DNA of 64,000 nt from an uncultured virus (IMG/VR IMGVR_UViG_2811995091_000194) (Duplodnaviria; Heunggongvirae; Uroviricota; Caudoviricetes), in IMG/VR virus record IMGVR_UViG_2811995091_000194; one strand, written 5' to 3'. Positions 29,710-40,549 of this stretch are shown in pieces. A model generated the notes under the pieces. It saw only the letters and a program-made list of their open reading frames with translations, did no database searches and was not told the DNA's origin. Position numbers and translations under genes: made by a program. How positions within the stretch are numbered: position 1 is the stretch's first letter; each line of letters starts with the position of its first letter.

Positions 29710-31488
29710 ATGCGTGTTATAGTAGACAAAGATGCTCTCGAAGAGGCAATAAGTAGAATATTATCAGAGGACAGAAGTCCAAGATCCGCCGACATTAGCA
29801 GCATTCCTGCAAAGGAAGATGACGAGCCGATCGATCCTACACCGCAGATGGCAATGCAGTTATCTTCTGATATGCCTCCTGTTGATGATCCTGAGTACAT
29901 ACCGTCAAATACTACAGAGCTGTCACGAGCAGCATCTGTGATATCAAATGAAGTTCCGTCAGACCAGGTTGAATTTTTCTATAGAAGACTCCATCGGCTC
30001 TTAGATCTGTCTATTGATAAGCATGATGAAAAAACTTATGGAAAAAATGATGACGATCAAAAAACAATTCATGAGCAAAAGTTTAGACAAGCAGTTGAAA
30101 AATTACTTGAAAATCTAGAAGACGATGATGGTCTAGACAGACCTTTATCAATAGAGGATGATGTTCAAGTTGCAACAGATAATATTGTTGACTATTTTAT
30201 GAAAAATCCAGCCCTATTTGCTGATGTTGACGTTAATGATGAAACAGGTGAAATGACACCGAGAGGAACTGAGTCGAGATTAATTCACCTTAGAGCTATG
30301 GGTGAGATAAGAAGCAATAGAAGAATTCAAAAAATGATGAATTCTCTCTCTGATGATGAAAAAAGAACAGTAAGAAGTAATGTGGTGACGTATTTGTCGC
30401 AAGTGCTTGGAAGTCGAGACGTTACTCCCGAAGAAGTTGCCGGATATGTTGCAGCAGGAAAGAAAGAAGCAGAGTCAAGATCAACAACAAAAGAGCTTGC
30501 AAAAATTAGAAAAGAAACAGGCCTTACAGGTGTTGACCTGGCAAATGCGATAAGAGAAAGGGCAGATGAAATAGAGGCCACGGGTGATACACACAGCGCA
30601 AAACGCCTAAGGAACCTTGCTGATGAGACTGAGCAGGAAGAGCTTGAGCCAGAAAACACAGTTGATATCGCAGCATCACGTGAAAATATTAATCCTGATG
30701 AAGCAGCAAAAATAAGAAGACAGCTAAGAGACGAGGCTCTTGATGAAGAAGGTATTAGTCTACAAATGTCTAATAAGGCTCTTCAGTCATTAAAAGATAA
30801 AATATCTGATGAGACAGGGCTGAAGGTAAACAATATTCAAAATATTCTATATGACGATCTAAAGGTATTTGGATTCAGCCCAGAGGATGCAGCGACCTTA
30901 GGGTTTCCAACAGATAGAAAAATACCCTCAACATATGATCCCCTTAAGCTAAAGGCACAAGATGATATCGTAGGATCAGTGTACGATTTATTTAGATCTG
31001 TTCTAAGAGACTATGTTGAGTCCGTAGGATATGACGACGACGATGAGATGAGAGTCTTAGGAGATCTTCTTGACAACGATAGTCCAGTATTTCCAGGCGA
31101 CAGCCTAGAAGGATATCTTGTTGTTCAAAATACAGCAGTTGATCCAAAGAACATAGATACTGAATCACAATCATACATTGATCAAAGAAATGCATTTGAA
31201 GCAGTTGTTGGATTTATTCAGCAAGTTGCAAAAGATGTTCTTGACTCTGACAAGACAAAGGGTGCAAAGGAAGGCGGCATCCGTGCATTTATTCAGCAGC
31301 TAGATGCAGATGGTGTCTTCAGGCGATCTAGCAGTGATGAAATTTACACATCAGAAAAATATGATGACTATATGCTGGGCGTAATAAACGATATTGATAA
31401 TATAATTCTTGATGAAGAGGCAGCATATAAGATGTTAGAAGCTGCGCTTAAATCTGCTCCCAAACGAGTTTCAAAGTTTAGAAGGTAG
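29710..31488 (+). CDS. Large acidic hypothetical protein (possible head-internal protein)
   Basis: ATG 29710 after GAGG; helical and acidic. Confidence 0.6.
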   Translation: MRVIVDKDALEEAISRILSEDRSPRSADISSIPAKEDDEPIDPTPQMAMQLSSDMPPVDDPEYIPSNTTELSRAASVISNEVPSDQVEFFYRRLHRLLDLSIDKHDEKTYGKNDDDQKTIHEQKFRQAVEKLLENLEDDDGLDRPLSIEDDVQVATDNIVDYFMKNPALFADVDVNDETGEMTPRGTESRLIHLRAMGEIRSNRRIQKMMNSLSDDEKRTVRSNVVTYLSQVLGSRDVTPEEVAGYVAAGKKEAESRSTTKELAKIRKETGLTGVDLANAIRERADEIEATGDTHSAKRLRNLADETEQEELEPENTVDIAASRENINPDEAAKIRRQLRDEALDEEGISLQMSNKALQSLKDKISDETGLKVNNIQNILYDDLKVFGFSPEDAATLGFPTDRKIPSTYDPLKLKAQDDIVGSVYDLFRSVLRDYVESVGYDDDDEMRVLGDLLDNDSPVFPGDSLEGYLVVQNTAVDPKNIDTESQSYIDQRNAFEAVVGFIQQVAKDVLDSDKTKGAKEGGIRAFIQQLDADGVFRRSSSDEIYTSEKYDDYMLGVINDIDNIILDEEAAYKMLEAALKSAPKRVSKFRR

Positions 31489-31491
31489 ATA

Positions 31492-31902
31492 ATGAAAACT
31501 CTTTTAGATTTAATTGAAAATAAGAAGTTTATAGAGTGCAGGGGAGATCGTCAGAGCACATCTAGAATAATTGAGTCAGCTGTTGGAATGCCGTCCATGA
31601 CAGTTCCAATTACAGCAGCTACGTCAACGTGGCAAATATTGAGTGATCCTGAAAGGCTTGTTAAGAATTTTCAGTTTAGTGATATTGAAAGTGTAAGATA
31701 TTTTATTAATGAGCTATTAAGTGAGCAAAAAAGAATTCATCATGATGTAACGATGACTGTTAGCAGTCTTTCAGTTACGATTGAAACATTTACACATGAT
31801 GTGAACAGTGTAACATCTCAGGACAAAAGAATTTCACAGTTTTGTGATGAGATATATGAAGATACAAAGCATTTTAATTTGAAAAGAAATGACCAATATT
31901 AA
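31492..31902 (+). CDS. Pterin-4a-carbinolamine dehydratase-like protein
   Basis: W...L.K.F.F...F...HH..V...THD...T..D pattern. Confidence 0.65.
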   Translation: MKTLLDLIENKKFIECRGDRQSTSRIIESAVGMPSMTVPITAATSTWQILSDPERLVKNFQFSDIESVRYFINELLSEQKRIHHDVTMTVSSLSVTIETFTHDVNSVTSQDKRISQFCDEIYEDTKHFNLKRNDQY

Positions 31903-32251
31903 TAAAAAATCTGTAATAATGAGTGACTCTCTAGCAGAAAAAGTTGATATATCACAATTTTATAATGATGTCGATGCTAGCATAATGTGCCGTATCGTTA
32001 TTGACGATAATGAGTCTGAACATCACATTAAAAAAATAACAAAGACGCAAGATGAAATTACTATAGCATTTTCATGTAATTCATTTATCCTAATGAGCAT
32101 GATTGGCATCAATATAGTTAAAAAAATTAAAATTTGCGAAGTTTCTTCTGGCTTGTCATTTAGCATAAATGATGCAAAAATTATAAAGCAATCGTCATAT
32201 TTTATAGGTGATAATGAATATGATTGTGAATTAACAGTAATGAACCAATAA
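31889..32251 (+). CDS. Hypothetical protein
   Basis: ORF in operon. Confidence 0.5.
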   Translation: MTNINKKSVIMSDSLAEKVDISQFYNDVDASIMCRIVIDDNESEHHIKKITKTQDEITIAFSCNSFILMSMIGINIVKKIKICEVSSGLSFSINDAKIIKQSSYFIGDNEYDCELTVMNQ

Positions 32252-32281
32252 CACAAATAATTATCTTTAAGAGGTGATCAC

Positions 32282-32458
32282 ATGGACAAGAAGTTTAATT
32301 TTGATAAATTCATTAATGATATATGTAATCGTGAAAAACATGAGCATAATATGACAAATGAAAATGCAAAAGGTTCTGAAGACTTGCCACAAAGACGATA
32401 TAATCGTCTGTATCGCGAGCTATGGCAAAATAGAATAAAGTACGGAGGTAAAAAATGA
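32282..32458 (+). CDS. Small hypothetical protein (58 aa, not in ORF track)
   Basis: GAGGTG RBS; MDKKFNFDKF...KYGGKK; ATGA overlap with the next gene. Confidence 0.6.
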   Translation: MDKKFNFDKFINDICNREKHEHNMTNENAKGSEDLPQRRYNRLYRELWQNRIKYGGKK

Positions 32459-33135
32459 GCACAGTTAGACTTGAAAGCGCCAATGACGTCGAGTTATTTT
32501 TAAAAATACTGGCCGAAGAGAGTGTAAAGGAGGCTGTTTCATCAGTGTCAAATACTGACCCTATGCAAAGTAGAATTTCTGATATGCTAAAAGCAGACAA
32601 GAGCGTGTATAGCGTTGATGAACAAAATAAAAATCCACCGGAAAGTGAAAGTGATCCGTCTATAATTTCCAAAGAAGATAATGGCGATGATTCTAGCCCT
32701 GATGAAAGTGATGATAAAAGCGATATAGACGTTTCTCTTGATAGCGTTGCAGATGCTATAAAAATACTGAGAAGCGGAAGGTCAGTTGATGATAGTCAAA
32801 TAAGTGCGCAGATGAGATCATACTTTGATAGACTCGACGACCAAGAAAGACAGGTGCTTTTAATATTCTTAAGATCATTTGCGGGAATATTAACAGGATC
32901 TGTTACAGGTGCTGATGCACAAGATCCGAGTGATCCTCCGTCAAGCATAAAGATGTCACCAGGAAGTGGTGAGGATAAAGAGCCTGCGCAGCAACGTGCA
33001 AGAACAGTCCCGACGGATGATGAGGAAGATGAAGAAGAAGCAGAAGGCACAGAGGATACATCACCTCCCATCCGTGTAGGAGAGCAGAGAGTTAACGAAA
33101 TCAGGGAAAAAGTAAAAGGCTTGATGTCGTTATAG
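32455..33135 (+). CDS. Acidic hypothetical protein
   Basis: GGAGG RBS, 226 aa. Confidence 0.65.
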   Translation: MSTVRLESANDVELFLKILAEESVKEAVSSVSNTDPMQSRISDMLKADKSVYSVDEQNKNPPESESDPSIISKEDNGDDSSPDESDDKSDIDVSLDSVADAIKILRSGRSVDDSQISAQMRSYFDRLDDQERQVLLIFLRSFAGILTGSVTGADAQDPSDPPSSIKMSPGSGEDKEPAQQRARTVPTDDEEDEEEAEGTEDTSPPIRVGEQRVNEIREKVKGLMSL

Positions 33136-33175
33136 CACATAATGTACTTTATTAAGCTTTGCAGTATTATATACC

Positions 33176-33388
33176 ATGCAGAAAAAAATAATACAGCTAC
33201 CATCAGGCGGCGAGCTTGAAATTGACGTAACGCCAAAATTTTTATCATATGTGAGGCATCATTTTAAAATTCCAGAACATGATGACGTAACAGATGACGA
33301 CATTAGGATGTTTGTTCATGGAAGTGTAAAGTCAGCTCTTGATAATGCTGAATCTGATCCATCGTGGGTTGTTGTCGATGATTCATAA
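33176..33388 (+). CDS. Hypothetical protein
   Basis: Preceded by ATGTAC-N17-TATTAT (33142-33170). Confidence 0.6.
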   Translation: MQKKIIQLPSGGELEIDVTPKFLSYVRHHFKIPEHDDVTDDDIRMFVHGSVKSALDNAESDPSWVVVDDS

Positions 33389-33404
33389 ACGCTATCATTA
33401 AAAC

Positions 33405-33411
33405 ATATTTA
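33405..33411 (+). promoter_or_regulatory. Putative late-promoter motif ATATTTA
   Basis: Directly before the GGAGG RBS of gene 33431. Confidence 0.55.
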
Positions 33412-33430
33412 TCACTGGAGGTCCTCTCTT

Positions 33431-34738
33431 ATGAGTGATTACAACAACATAATGAAGCTAATAAAAGAGTCATTAGTGTCAATGTCAGATGGAACTGATG
33501 CGGAGTATGGATCAAGAAATCACGTAAATGATCTTCAGTCAATGATAGCTAAGTTGATACTTGTAAAAAACTCATTGCGAAAAGGTCCAAACAGGCTAAA
33601 GCATAGAAAGGAAATGCATAGAATTCAAGATGCAATAGGCGCATTAAGATATCTAAGCAGAGTTGCAGAAAGAGAAGGCATAAAGTCAGGAATTCTAAAA
33701 GAGGGCGGATTAAAGGCACCACATCTTACAGCACATGTTAAAATTGATCCTGAAACAGTTAAGCTAACAGCTGATGTGTATAAAACAGTTATAGACATGT
33801 GGAATAAGCACATGGAGCTTGCTGGAATGAAACCAGTTAGAATAGTTGATACAGTCGGGTCTTCTTATTATCATACAGTTGATGACCCTGGGTCAGAATA
33901 TGGTGACATAGATGTTTCAGTATCGTTCCCCGTTGGCATATCTTCTGGAGCACCGCCAGATGAGATACGGCAGGCAGAGAACCAGACAAAAAAAGACTAC
34001 GTCGAATCTTTAATAGGATTTTTAAATCAGTCAGTGGAAATAGAGAAGCATGTTAACACTGCTGCCACACTTCGCGGGTCAGATAAAAACCCAGATTCAG
34101 CTTTACTTCTTATTCTGAGGCTGCCAAATGGTGATCATATCCAGGCAGATACAATTGTAACATACCCGCTGTACATTAAGTCAGATGAATCAGACGCTGA
34201 ATGGATGCCCTGGAGGTGGATACCTGAACAAGGTAAAAAAGGATATACAATAGGAAATCTCTATACTGCCTTAGGTGCGTACTTTAATATGTCAATAGGT
34301 GACAGAGGTGTGCTTGCAAAGACTAGGGATGGTGAAATAGTGCCATTTAGGCAGAGAAAGGGGACGTCTTTAATTTTAGTTAGTAAAAACATTAGAACAT
34401 TTTTGAGAGACATCGCAGAAGAATTTGCCGGTAGCGGATTTATAGAAAATGACTTGCTTACAAAATATCCAGGTGTTGATCCTAAGAATATTACAATTGC
34501 TAATTTGGCTACAGGCATAAAAGGGCTTGCTCTAACTCTTGAGGATAATGATATAATATCATCTTCTACAGATATGCTTGATGAAATTCTTGAACTATAT
34601 ACGGTTGGTCTTAAAAGAAACATCGACAAGAAGCTTAATCTCGGCATAGACACAGAAAAATACAAAGGTCTTGAAAAGTTAAACGACAATGTTAGTAATA
34701 TTGTGAAAGAAATTTTTAAAATTAGTGGTGAAAGATAG
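33431..34738 (+). CDS. Pol-beta-superfamily nucleotidyltransferase-like protein with an N-terminal leader domain
   Basis: VGSS...YGDIDV...IQAD motifs following LKEGG. Confidence 0.6.
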   Translation: MSDYNNIMKLIKESLVSMSDGTDAEYGSRNHVNDLQSMIAKLILVKNSLRKGPNRLKHRKEMHRIQDAIGALRYLSRVAEREGIKSGILKEGGLKAPHLTAHVKIDPETVKLTADVYKTVIDMWNKHMELAGMKPVRIVDTVGSSYYHTVDDPGSEYGDIDVSVSFPVGISSGAPPDEIRQAENQTKKDYVESLIGFLNQSVEIEKHVNTAATLRGSDKNPDSALLLILRLPNGDHIQADTIVTYPLYIKSDESDAEWMPWRWIPEQGKKGYTIGNLYTALGAYFNMSIGDRGVLAKTRDGEIVPFRQRKGTSLILVSKNIRTFLRDIAEEFAGSGFIENDLLTKYPGVDPKNITIANLATGIKGLALTLEDNDIISSSTDMLDEILELYTVGLKRNIDKKLNLGIDTEKYKGLEKLNDNVSNIVKEIFKISGER

Positions 34739-35382
34739 TGGATTTCTTTACGTCCGACACGCACTTTGGGCATAGGAATATTATAAAATACTGTAATCGT
34801 CCGTACACGGACGTTGATCACATGAATGAATCATTGATTAAAAATTGGAATAGTGTTGTGTCAAATGACGACAAGATTTTTTTGGTGGGGGATGCCTTTC
34901 TTAGGGGATATGACGATCCAAAAAAAATAGTGCACAGGCTGAATGGCTATAAAGTACTCATAAGGGGAAATCATGATCAGCCTAAGCGAAGAATGCTAGA
35001 GGCAGGATTTGATGAGTATCATAGGCTAGTGAAGTATGATATGCCAGATGGAAGAAAAGCACTAGTGCAACACCACCCAATTCCTGAATCTCTTTTTGAC
35101 AAGTTTGACATTTTAATTCATGGTCATGTTCATGATGCAGAAAAAGTAAGAGGCGGTAGACTAAATGTCAGCTCTGACATATGGGATTATACACCTGTTT
35201 CAATTGATGAAATATTGAAGATTGATATAAAAAAGGAAGACGATGATAGCAAGTGGTGTGATGCATATGTAAGTGGAAACATGGTAAGGTCGCATATTGC
35301 AGTTCATATTCACGATTTTTCAGGAGTTATTGAGCATATTTATTCAACGATTAGCAACGCACAAGGCGGAAAAAATAAATGA
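34738..35382 (+). CDS. Calcineurin-like metallophosphoesterase
   Basis: SDTHFGH, GD, GNHD, HGHVH. Confidence 0.88.
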   Translation: MDFFTSDTHFGHRNIIKYCNRPYTDVDHMNESLIKNWNSVVSNDDKIFLVGDAFLRGYDDPKKIVHRLNGYKVLIRGNHDQPKRRMLEAGFDEYHRLVKYDMPDGRKALVQHHPIPESLFDKFDILIHGHVHDAEKVRGGRLNVSSDIWDYTPVSIDEILKIDIKKEDDDSKWCDAYVSGNMVRSHIAVHIHDFSGVIEHIYSTISNAQGGKNK

Positions 35383-38300
35383 AATTAGGGTTGTACGGCG
35401 GCGGATTTAAGCCATTTCACACTGGTCACTTTTCAAAGTTGCTTCTTGCACTAAGTGAAAACGATAAGGTTCTCTCATTTTTCGGGATTCAAAGACAAAA
35501 GCTTAATAAAAAAGGAAATCCCTTAAAGACCAAGTTCAGAACATTTGGAGATTCCGATAGACAATACACAGAACCTCTTCAAGATGCTGTGTTTGTCATA
35601 TATGAAAAAGCACTTCAGAATAAATACCCTAATAAGCTTGATGTGATTTCTGCAAAAAATACATCTCCAATTAATAATGTTCATAATGTTCTTGATAGAT
35701 TTGCATATTCTCGACTATCTGACAGCGAAACAGCAAGGGCTAGAGGCGAGGCATCACAGTCAAGAAATTCAGCTCTTGCAATTGGAAATCTTACGACAGA
35801 ATATGATGGCGGTAATCACAAGATAGATCTATCTACAGTAGATAGTATAACTGTATATGCTGGAGATGATGAGATAAACTCATATGCTTTTTTGTTAGGA
35901 ATGAAAAAGCGTGCCGAAAGAGGAGACTCTATTGTCGGAGAGAAGGTATATGAGCTAATTGATCAAGGAAAAATATCATTCAAGTCAGGAATGTCTGATG
36001 TACTAGGCCTTGTTAATTTATTAAAAGACTATCATCCAGATGCATCTGAAGAGATGATAACAATTAGAGGAACTGATGTTCGAGGGTTTGTCGGGTCCGG
36101 TGACATTAAATCATTTAAAAAATATCTTCCTGATGTTTTAAGTGATGCTGAAAAAAATGAAATTGTTAAGATAGTGACTGCTGATGAGGAAAGAATTAGC
36201 GAGTCATCTCGCACACCGGTCATTACTGATTCAACAATTCTTAGAGCTGCGTCTAGATTCATAGCATCAAAATCGATAAGGGAGGCAGCTGTCACTCCTG
36301 AGTCACATATTCCTGGACTAACAGAGGATATGAATCTAACATTTGATAGCCTAAAGCAGTTAATAGAGAATGTTCTTGGGGGAAGAGCTGATCATATTGA
36401 GGAGAAGATGGACGGTCAAAATTTTACGTTTACTGTTCTAGACGACGGCGAGATAAGATTATTTGGTAAGGGTCCTAGGGTTACAACACTTGAGAAAGGA
36501 GGAAAAGGAAGAGAGGATATTAGAAATATTCAAACGTGGGGAGAGAAAACAAAGGATGCGTTTGGCTCCGGATATGATGTTTTAAATGAGTATATTAAAA
36601 AGCTAGACATCAATAAAGTAAGGGAGCTATTCCAGAACGGGATGGTTGTAGTTGAGGGCCAGATACTAACACCGATAAACCCAAACACGATCCCATACAC
36701 TGAAAATCACTTTAGGTTCATAAGGCCTGCCACACCATATGATAATGTGGAATTAAATTCAGACATATACGATGCCCTCTTTGTTGATGACGATGTTGAG
36801 ATACAAGATCAGTCTGGTAGAGACTGGTCTATTGGCGTTGTTCCAAAACTAGAGCAGACAAACCAGTCAGCAGCTGAGATAATAAGCCAGATAAATGAGC
36901 TCAAGGGTGAAATTGACTCACTGTTAAAAAGATTTGATCATCCTCCTAAGACTGTTGGTGAATATGCGACTCTAGTCATGAAAGATTATCTTAACAATTA
37001 TGCGCCTGATCTAGATAGCATGCCAGATAATGTCAAGACAAGAGCGATACACAGACTTTTAGATAAATTTCACGCAGGATCAGGAAAGTTTATAGAAAAA
37101 AGAATTACAAGTAGAGAGATGGATCCTGTTCACTGGAAGACATTTCAGAAAATTGATAAGATGGCGACTACACATGTTGTTGCAGCTATTGTTGATCTTG
37201 AAAAAATTATACAAAAGCTAGGATATTATTTCTTTGAAACGCTAGAATTCACACTTGCCACGAATGATAATATTACAACTGATCTTGCAAATGAGGTCAA
37301 TAAAATACAGGCAGCACTAAAGAATAATGCCATAAGGGTAAAGAATGTTGAAAGCGGTGAGATAGGTGATATAGTCGATACAGCGTGGGCAACAAAACTA
37401 GATGCAGCAATTTCACGAGTTGAACAGATGCCGCTCTTTAAAAAAGCAGTTGAGGGTGTTGTCTTAAGGATGCCAGGAGAAAGGGGAGAGAGGGTTTCTG
37501 TTAAGCTGACAGGAATGTTTACACCTGTCCACAGGCTTGTAACTCTGTTCAGGTATCCGTCTAGGGGAGAAGTTCTTTCAATTGACTATCCCGAGAATGA
37601 TGATGAAGAGCTAAGGCTATCTAATGATGAGGAAGAAGCTCTACTTGAAGCCATAAGAATGTTTAAAAACACTCTTTCAGAGGGTGGAAAGGCATTTAAA
37701 AAATCTATAGTTGATAGTGACGGTAAGAAAAAAAAGGTTGTCATAACATCACAGGAAAAGCTATCTAGAGATCAGGCAAATAGATTAATTACATCATTAA
37801 AAAAGAATATTTTAGATCCTTTAGATATTGATCTAAATATTGAAAAGAGTGAAACTGGAAATAGCTTGCTTGGAAGCACAGGAACTGATGCAGATGTTTT
37901 AGGAGATGTTGATCTTTTGGCTGTTATTACAGATGATATGATTAGCAAGTATGTTGACGATGTCGTAATAATGAAACAAGCCAGGAAGGGAAAGAGAAAG
38001 GATAATGTTATAAAAGATACACTTGAAGCCATGTTAAATAGCTCACAATATCTACAAAAAGAATTAGTACAGGGAGTTTCTAATATAGTCATCGCCGGCA
38101 GCATGGTCAGTATTATGATACGCGATCCAGATGCAGATAGCAGCACACAGCCGCAACAGAATGAATTATTTCAAATTGATCTTGTTCCAGAAAGACCGGA
38201 ACACGCCGGAGATACTTGGTGGGAGCTAAGGGGTGGATACCAGGGAAAGGTCAAAGGTGTATATAGAAACTTAATGCTGTCTTTATTGGCAAATATTGCA

Positions 38301-39488
38301 GGCAGAAGCAGGACAACACCTGATGAGAATATAAAAGTAACACTGCAATGGCCAGGCGGGTATACAGAAAAGATTAATGGCGAGGAAGTTGAAAGAATTA
38401 GAGATCCTGATCTTTATCTACCGCTAATAGGCCTCAATGACGTCGATAAGTTTAAAATTGAATCGTTTGAATCACTTGTTGATTATATGGTAAAATCAGG
38501 CGATAAAATATTACAGCAGGCACTGGATGAATTTGAGGAATACCTTCCAAGATATTTGCCTTCCGAGGAGTCTGAAAAGGCTATCAAGTATGTCAATCAA
38601 TCAATGATGTCAACTATGTCAGAACTAAAAGTGAGATCGATTATTAGAGAGGCAATTGTTAAAATAGGAGATGATGCATTTGATCTGTCTGATTCACAGA
38701 TAGGTTCTATCATAAGATATATTAGAGATGATCTCAAGGTTGATAGATTTACACCAGAGTCTGGATTTGAATCGTTTATGCTTAGGCTAGATGATACAAA
38801 TGCAGAAAGAGTGAGAGAGGTGATGAAAAATGCCATACCAAAAAACTTGCAAGTAGTTACAATGGAGATTTTGTCACAGATCCACGCCGACGTAAATAAT
38901 GTTCTCTTTTCAGCTACACCTGGTGAGAGAGTTATAGTTCCTGATGAGCTGTTACCTCTTGCTGAGTATAGATCGACAAGAAGAGGAGGGAGCCAGACAG
39001 GTGCCGGTGAATTGATTATTCCATTTTTGTTTAACGATTCTAGTGTAACAGTCGGTAACGCTTCATTTGATGTAATAATAGGCGGATCAAACTGGGAGGT
39101 GAAGGCAGCAAAAAATACAACAGGAATAATGCTAGGGTCAGCAAGAGGAAAAACATTTTCAGATAGCAGCATCTATAGACAGCTTGTTCTTCTTGGATTT
39201 AACCCGGGAGAGCTTACTGAAGTTGGTAATAAAGCACTTAAAGATATTGCCAGTAATGCTATCAATAAATTTTCTATAGTTGATGATACCGGAGATGTAA
39301 TAGAGAACGTAGAGAGATTTTTTGATGAGTTATCGAAAGAGGCTAGAAAGACTTCGCTAAATGATGTCGAAGGAATTGTATGGTATCACAATGGTGCTCT
39401 TTTATTCACACAAAAAGAAAAAATATATGTTAAAGCAATTACACGTGGAAGATATATTGTGTATGAAAAGGGCACAAGTGCAAATTAA
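35379..39488 (+). CDS. Multidomain protein: HxGH nucleotidyltransferase, ligase-like KxDG domain, Pol-beta NTase and PD-(D/E)XK nuclease-like domain
   Basis: GGGFKPFHTGH; EEKMDGQN...EGVV; LLGSTG...GDVDL...QIDL; GAGEL...FDV...WEVK. Confidence 0.65.
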   Translation: MKLGLYGGGFKPFHTGHFSKLLLALSENDKVLSFFGIQRQKLNKKGNPLKTKFRTFGDSDRQYTEPLQDAVFVIYEKALQNKYPNKLDVISAKNTSPINNVHNVLDRFAYSRLSDSETARARGEASQSRNSALAIGNLTTEYDGGNHKIDLSTVDSITVYAGDDEINSYAFLLGMKKRAERGDSIVGEKVYELIDQGKISFKSGMSDVLGLVNLLKDYHPDASEEMITIRGTDVRGFVGSGDIKSFKKYLPDVLSDAEKNEIVKIVTADEERISESSRTPVITDSTILRAASRFIASKSIREAAVTPESHIPGLTEDMNLTFDSLKQLIENVLGGRADHIEEKMDGQNFTFTVLDDGEIRLFGKGPRVTTLEKGGKGREDIRNIQTWGEKTKDAFGSGYDVLNEYIKKLDINKVRELFQNGMVVVEGQILTPINPNTIPYTENHFRFIRPATPYDNVELNSDIYDALFVDDDVEIQDQSGRDWSIGVVPKLEQTNQSAAEIISQINELKGEIDSLLKRFDHPPKTVGEYATLVMKDYLNNYAPDLDSMPDNVKTRAIHRLLDKFHAGSGKFIEKRITSREMDPVHWKTFQKIDKMATTHVVAAIVDLEKIIQKLGYYFFETLEFTLATNDNITTDLANEVNKIQAALKNNAIRVKNVESGEIGDIVDTAWATKLDAAISRVEQMPLFKKAVEGVVLRMPGERGERVSVKLTGMFTPVHRLVTLFRYPSRGEVLSIDYPENDDEELRLSNDEEEALLEAIRMFKNTLSEGGKAFKKSIVDSDGKKKKVVITSQEKLSRDQANRLITSLKKNILDPLDIDLNIEKSETGNSLLGSTGTDADVLGDVDLLAVITDDMISKYVDDVVIMKQARKGKRKDNVIKDTLEAMLNSSQYLQKELVQGVSNIVIAGSMVSIMIRDPDADSSTQPQQNELFQIDLVPERPEHAGDTWWELRGGYQGKVKGVYRNLMLSLLANIAGRSRTTPDENIKVTLQWPGGYTEKINGEEVERIRDPDLYLPLIGLNDVDKFKIESFESLVDYMVKSGDKILQQALDEFEEYLPRYLPSEESEKAIKYVNQSMMSTMSELKVRSIIREAIVKIGDDAFDLSDSQIGSIIRYIRDDLKVDRFTPESGFESFMLRLDDTNAERVREVMKNAIPKNLQVVTMEILSQIHADVNNVLFSATPGERVIVPDELLPLAEYRSTRRGGSQTGAGELIIPFLFNDSSVTVGNASFDVIIGGSNWEVKAAKNTTGIMLGSARGKTFSDSSIYRQLVLLGFNPGELTEVGNKALKDIASNAINKFSIVDDTGDVIENVERFFDELSKEARKTSLNDVEGIVWYHNGALLFTQKEKIYVKAITRGRYIVYEKGTSAN

Positions 39489-39756
39489 CGACAGAATAAA
39501 AGAGCAGGTTGACTTTGTCGCAAGCTATGCTGAAGACTGTGATGACTGGGTTACGATTAAAAAACAGATAATGCTAGGAATACCATCACAGCTTAGAAAG
39601 AACTTTTCCCGAAGAGATCAAAAAACAAAGGAGCAATGGCTAAATGCTTTTGAGATAGAACTGATTAATTACTATAAGGAGCTAACAGGAATAACCTTGC
39701 TGCTCCGAACATTAGCTGAAAGAAGGGAGATGTTCGGTGACATCAGAAAAATATGA
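39478..39756 (+). CDS. Hypothetical protein
   Basis: GTG start overlapping the previous gene end. Confidence 0.5.
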   Translation: MQINDRIKEQVDFVASYAEDCDDWVTIKKQIMLGIPSQLRKNFSRRDQKTKEQWLNAFEIELINYYKELTGITLLLRTLAERREMFGDIRKI

Positions 39757-40492
39757 TCATGATAGGCTTGCTCGTATTCTTAAAGAGATAATGGGTGGCA
39801 TTGGTTTCACGCTCGGTGCGCAAAGACAGACAAATAGCTTTGATAGTTTTTATGAAATATTTGGAGAGTCGCAGACGTCTGGACTTGGCAGAATTCTGCC
39901 AAGATCTATTCTTAGTGCCGGCGGTGTTATTGGTTCAATAGTGCTATATGGGGAAGACTTCTACGAAGGATTAAAAAATGCAATAGGGCTTGAAGATGAC
40001 TTTATTGCAAAAAAAATTACAGAACTATTTAGTAATATTATTAAAGAGTCTGGTGCGGTAGTTGAAGATTACTTTCCGCGCACGCTGCGTGTTTATGGTG
40101 GGCCTGTGGGATCAGATGCTGAAAAAGTTGATGCGGGCAAGCTAACACCCTTTATTAATGCATTGCGTGACGATGTCAATAGTGTTGTCACTGAATGGAG
40201 CCAGACAAATACAGATGATATTAACAACATCTTTGAAGCCTTGAAAAATATGATGAACTCTGATTCTGATATCCAGGACGTAACTGATATAATTTTAAGC
40301 AAACTAGACGTAGACCAAATAGAGTCAGTCAGAGGATTTCTTGCTAGTTACATCGTGCCTGGATTTTTTAAATCAATGATTAATGCATGGGAAAGTAGAT
40401 TTTTAGAAATGACAAGCGATTTTCCAAACGAGAAGGAAAACATTGAGGGAATCTTTAGCAATGCACGAAGTCGACTAGGCATTTCTGAATAG
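39737..40492 (+). CDS. Hypothetical protein
   Basis: 251 aa ORF, GGGAG RBS. Confidence 0.6.
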   Translation: MTSEKYDHDRLARILKEIMGGIGFTLGAQRQTNSFDSFYEIFGESQTSGLGRILPRSILSAGGVIGSIVLYGEDFYEGLKNAIGLEDDFIAKKITELFSNIIKESGAVVEDYFPRTLRVYGGPVGSDAEKVDAGKLTPFINALRDDVNSVVTEWSQTNTDDINNIFEALKNMMNSDSDIQDVTDIILSKLDVDQIESVRGFLASYIVPGFFKSMINAWESRFLEMTSDFPNEKENIEGIFSNARSRLGISE

Positions 40493-40549
40493 GCATAAAC
40501 ATTTCATGATGATTGTGAAATAATTCATTTATTCTATTTGGAGATATAA

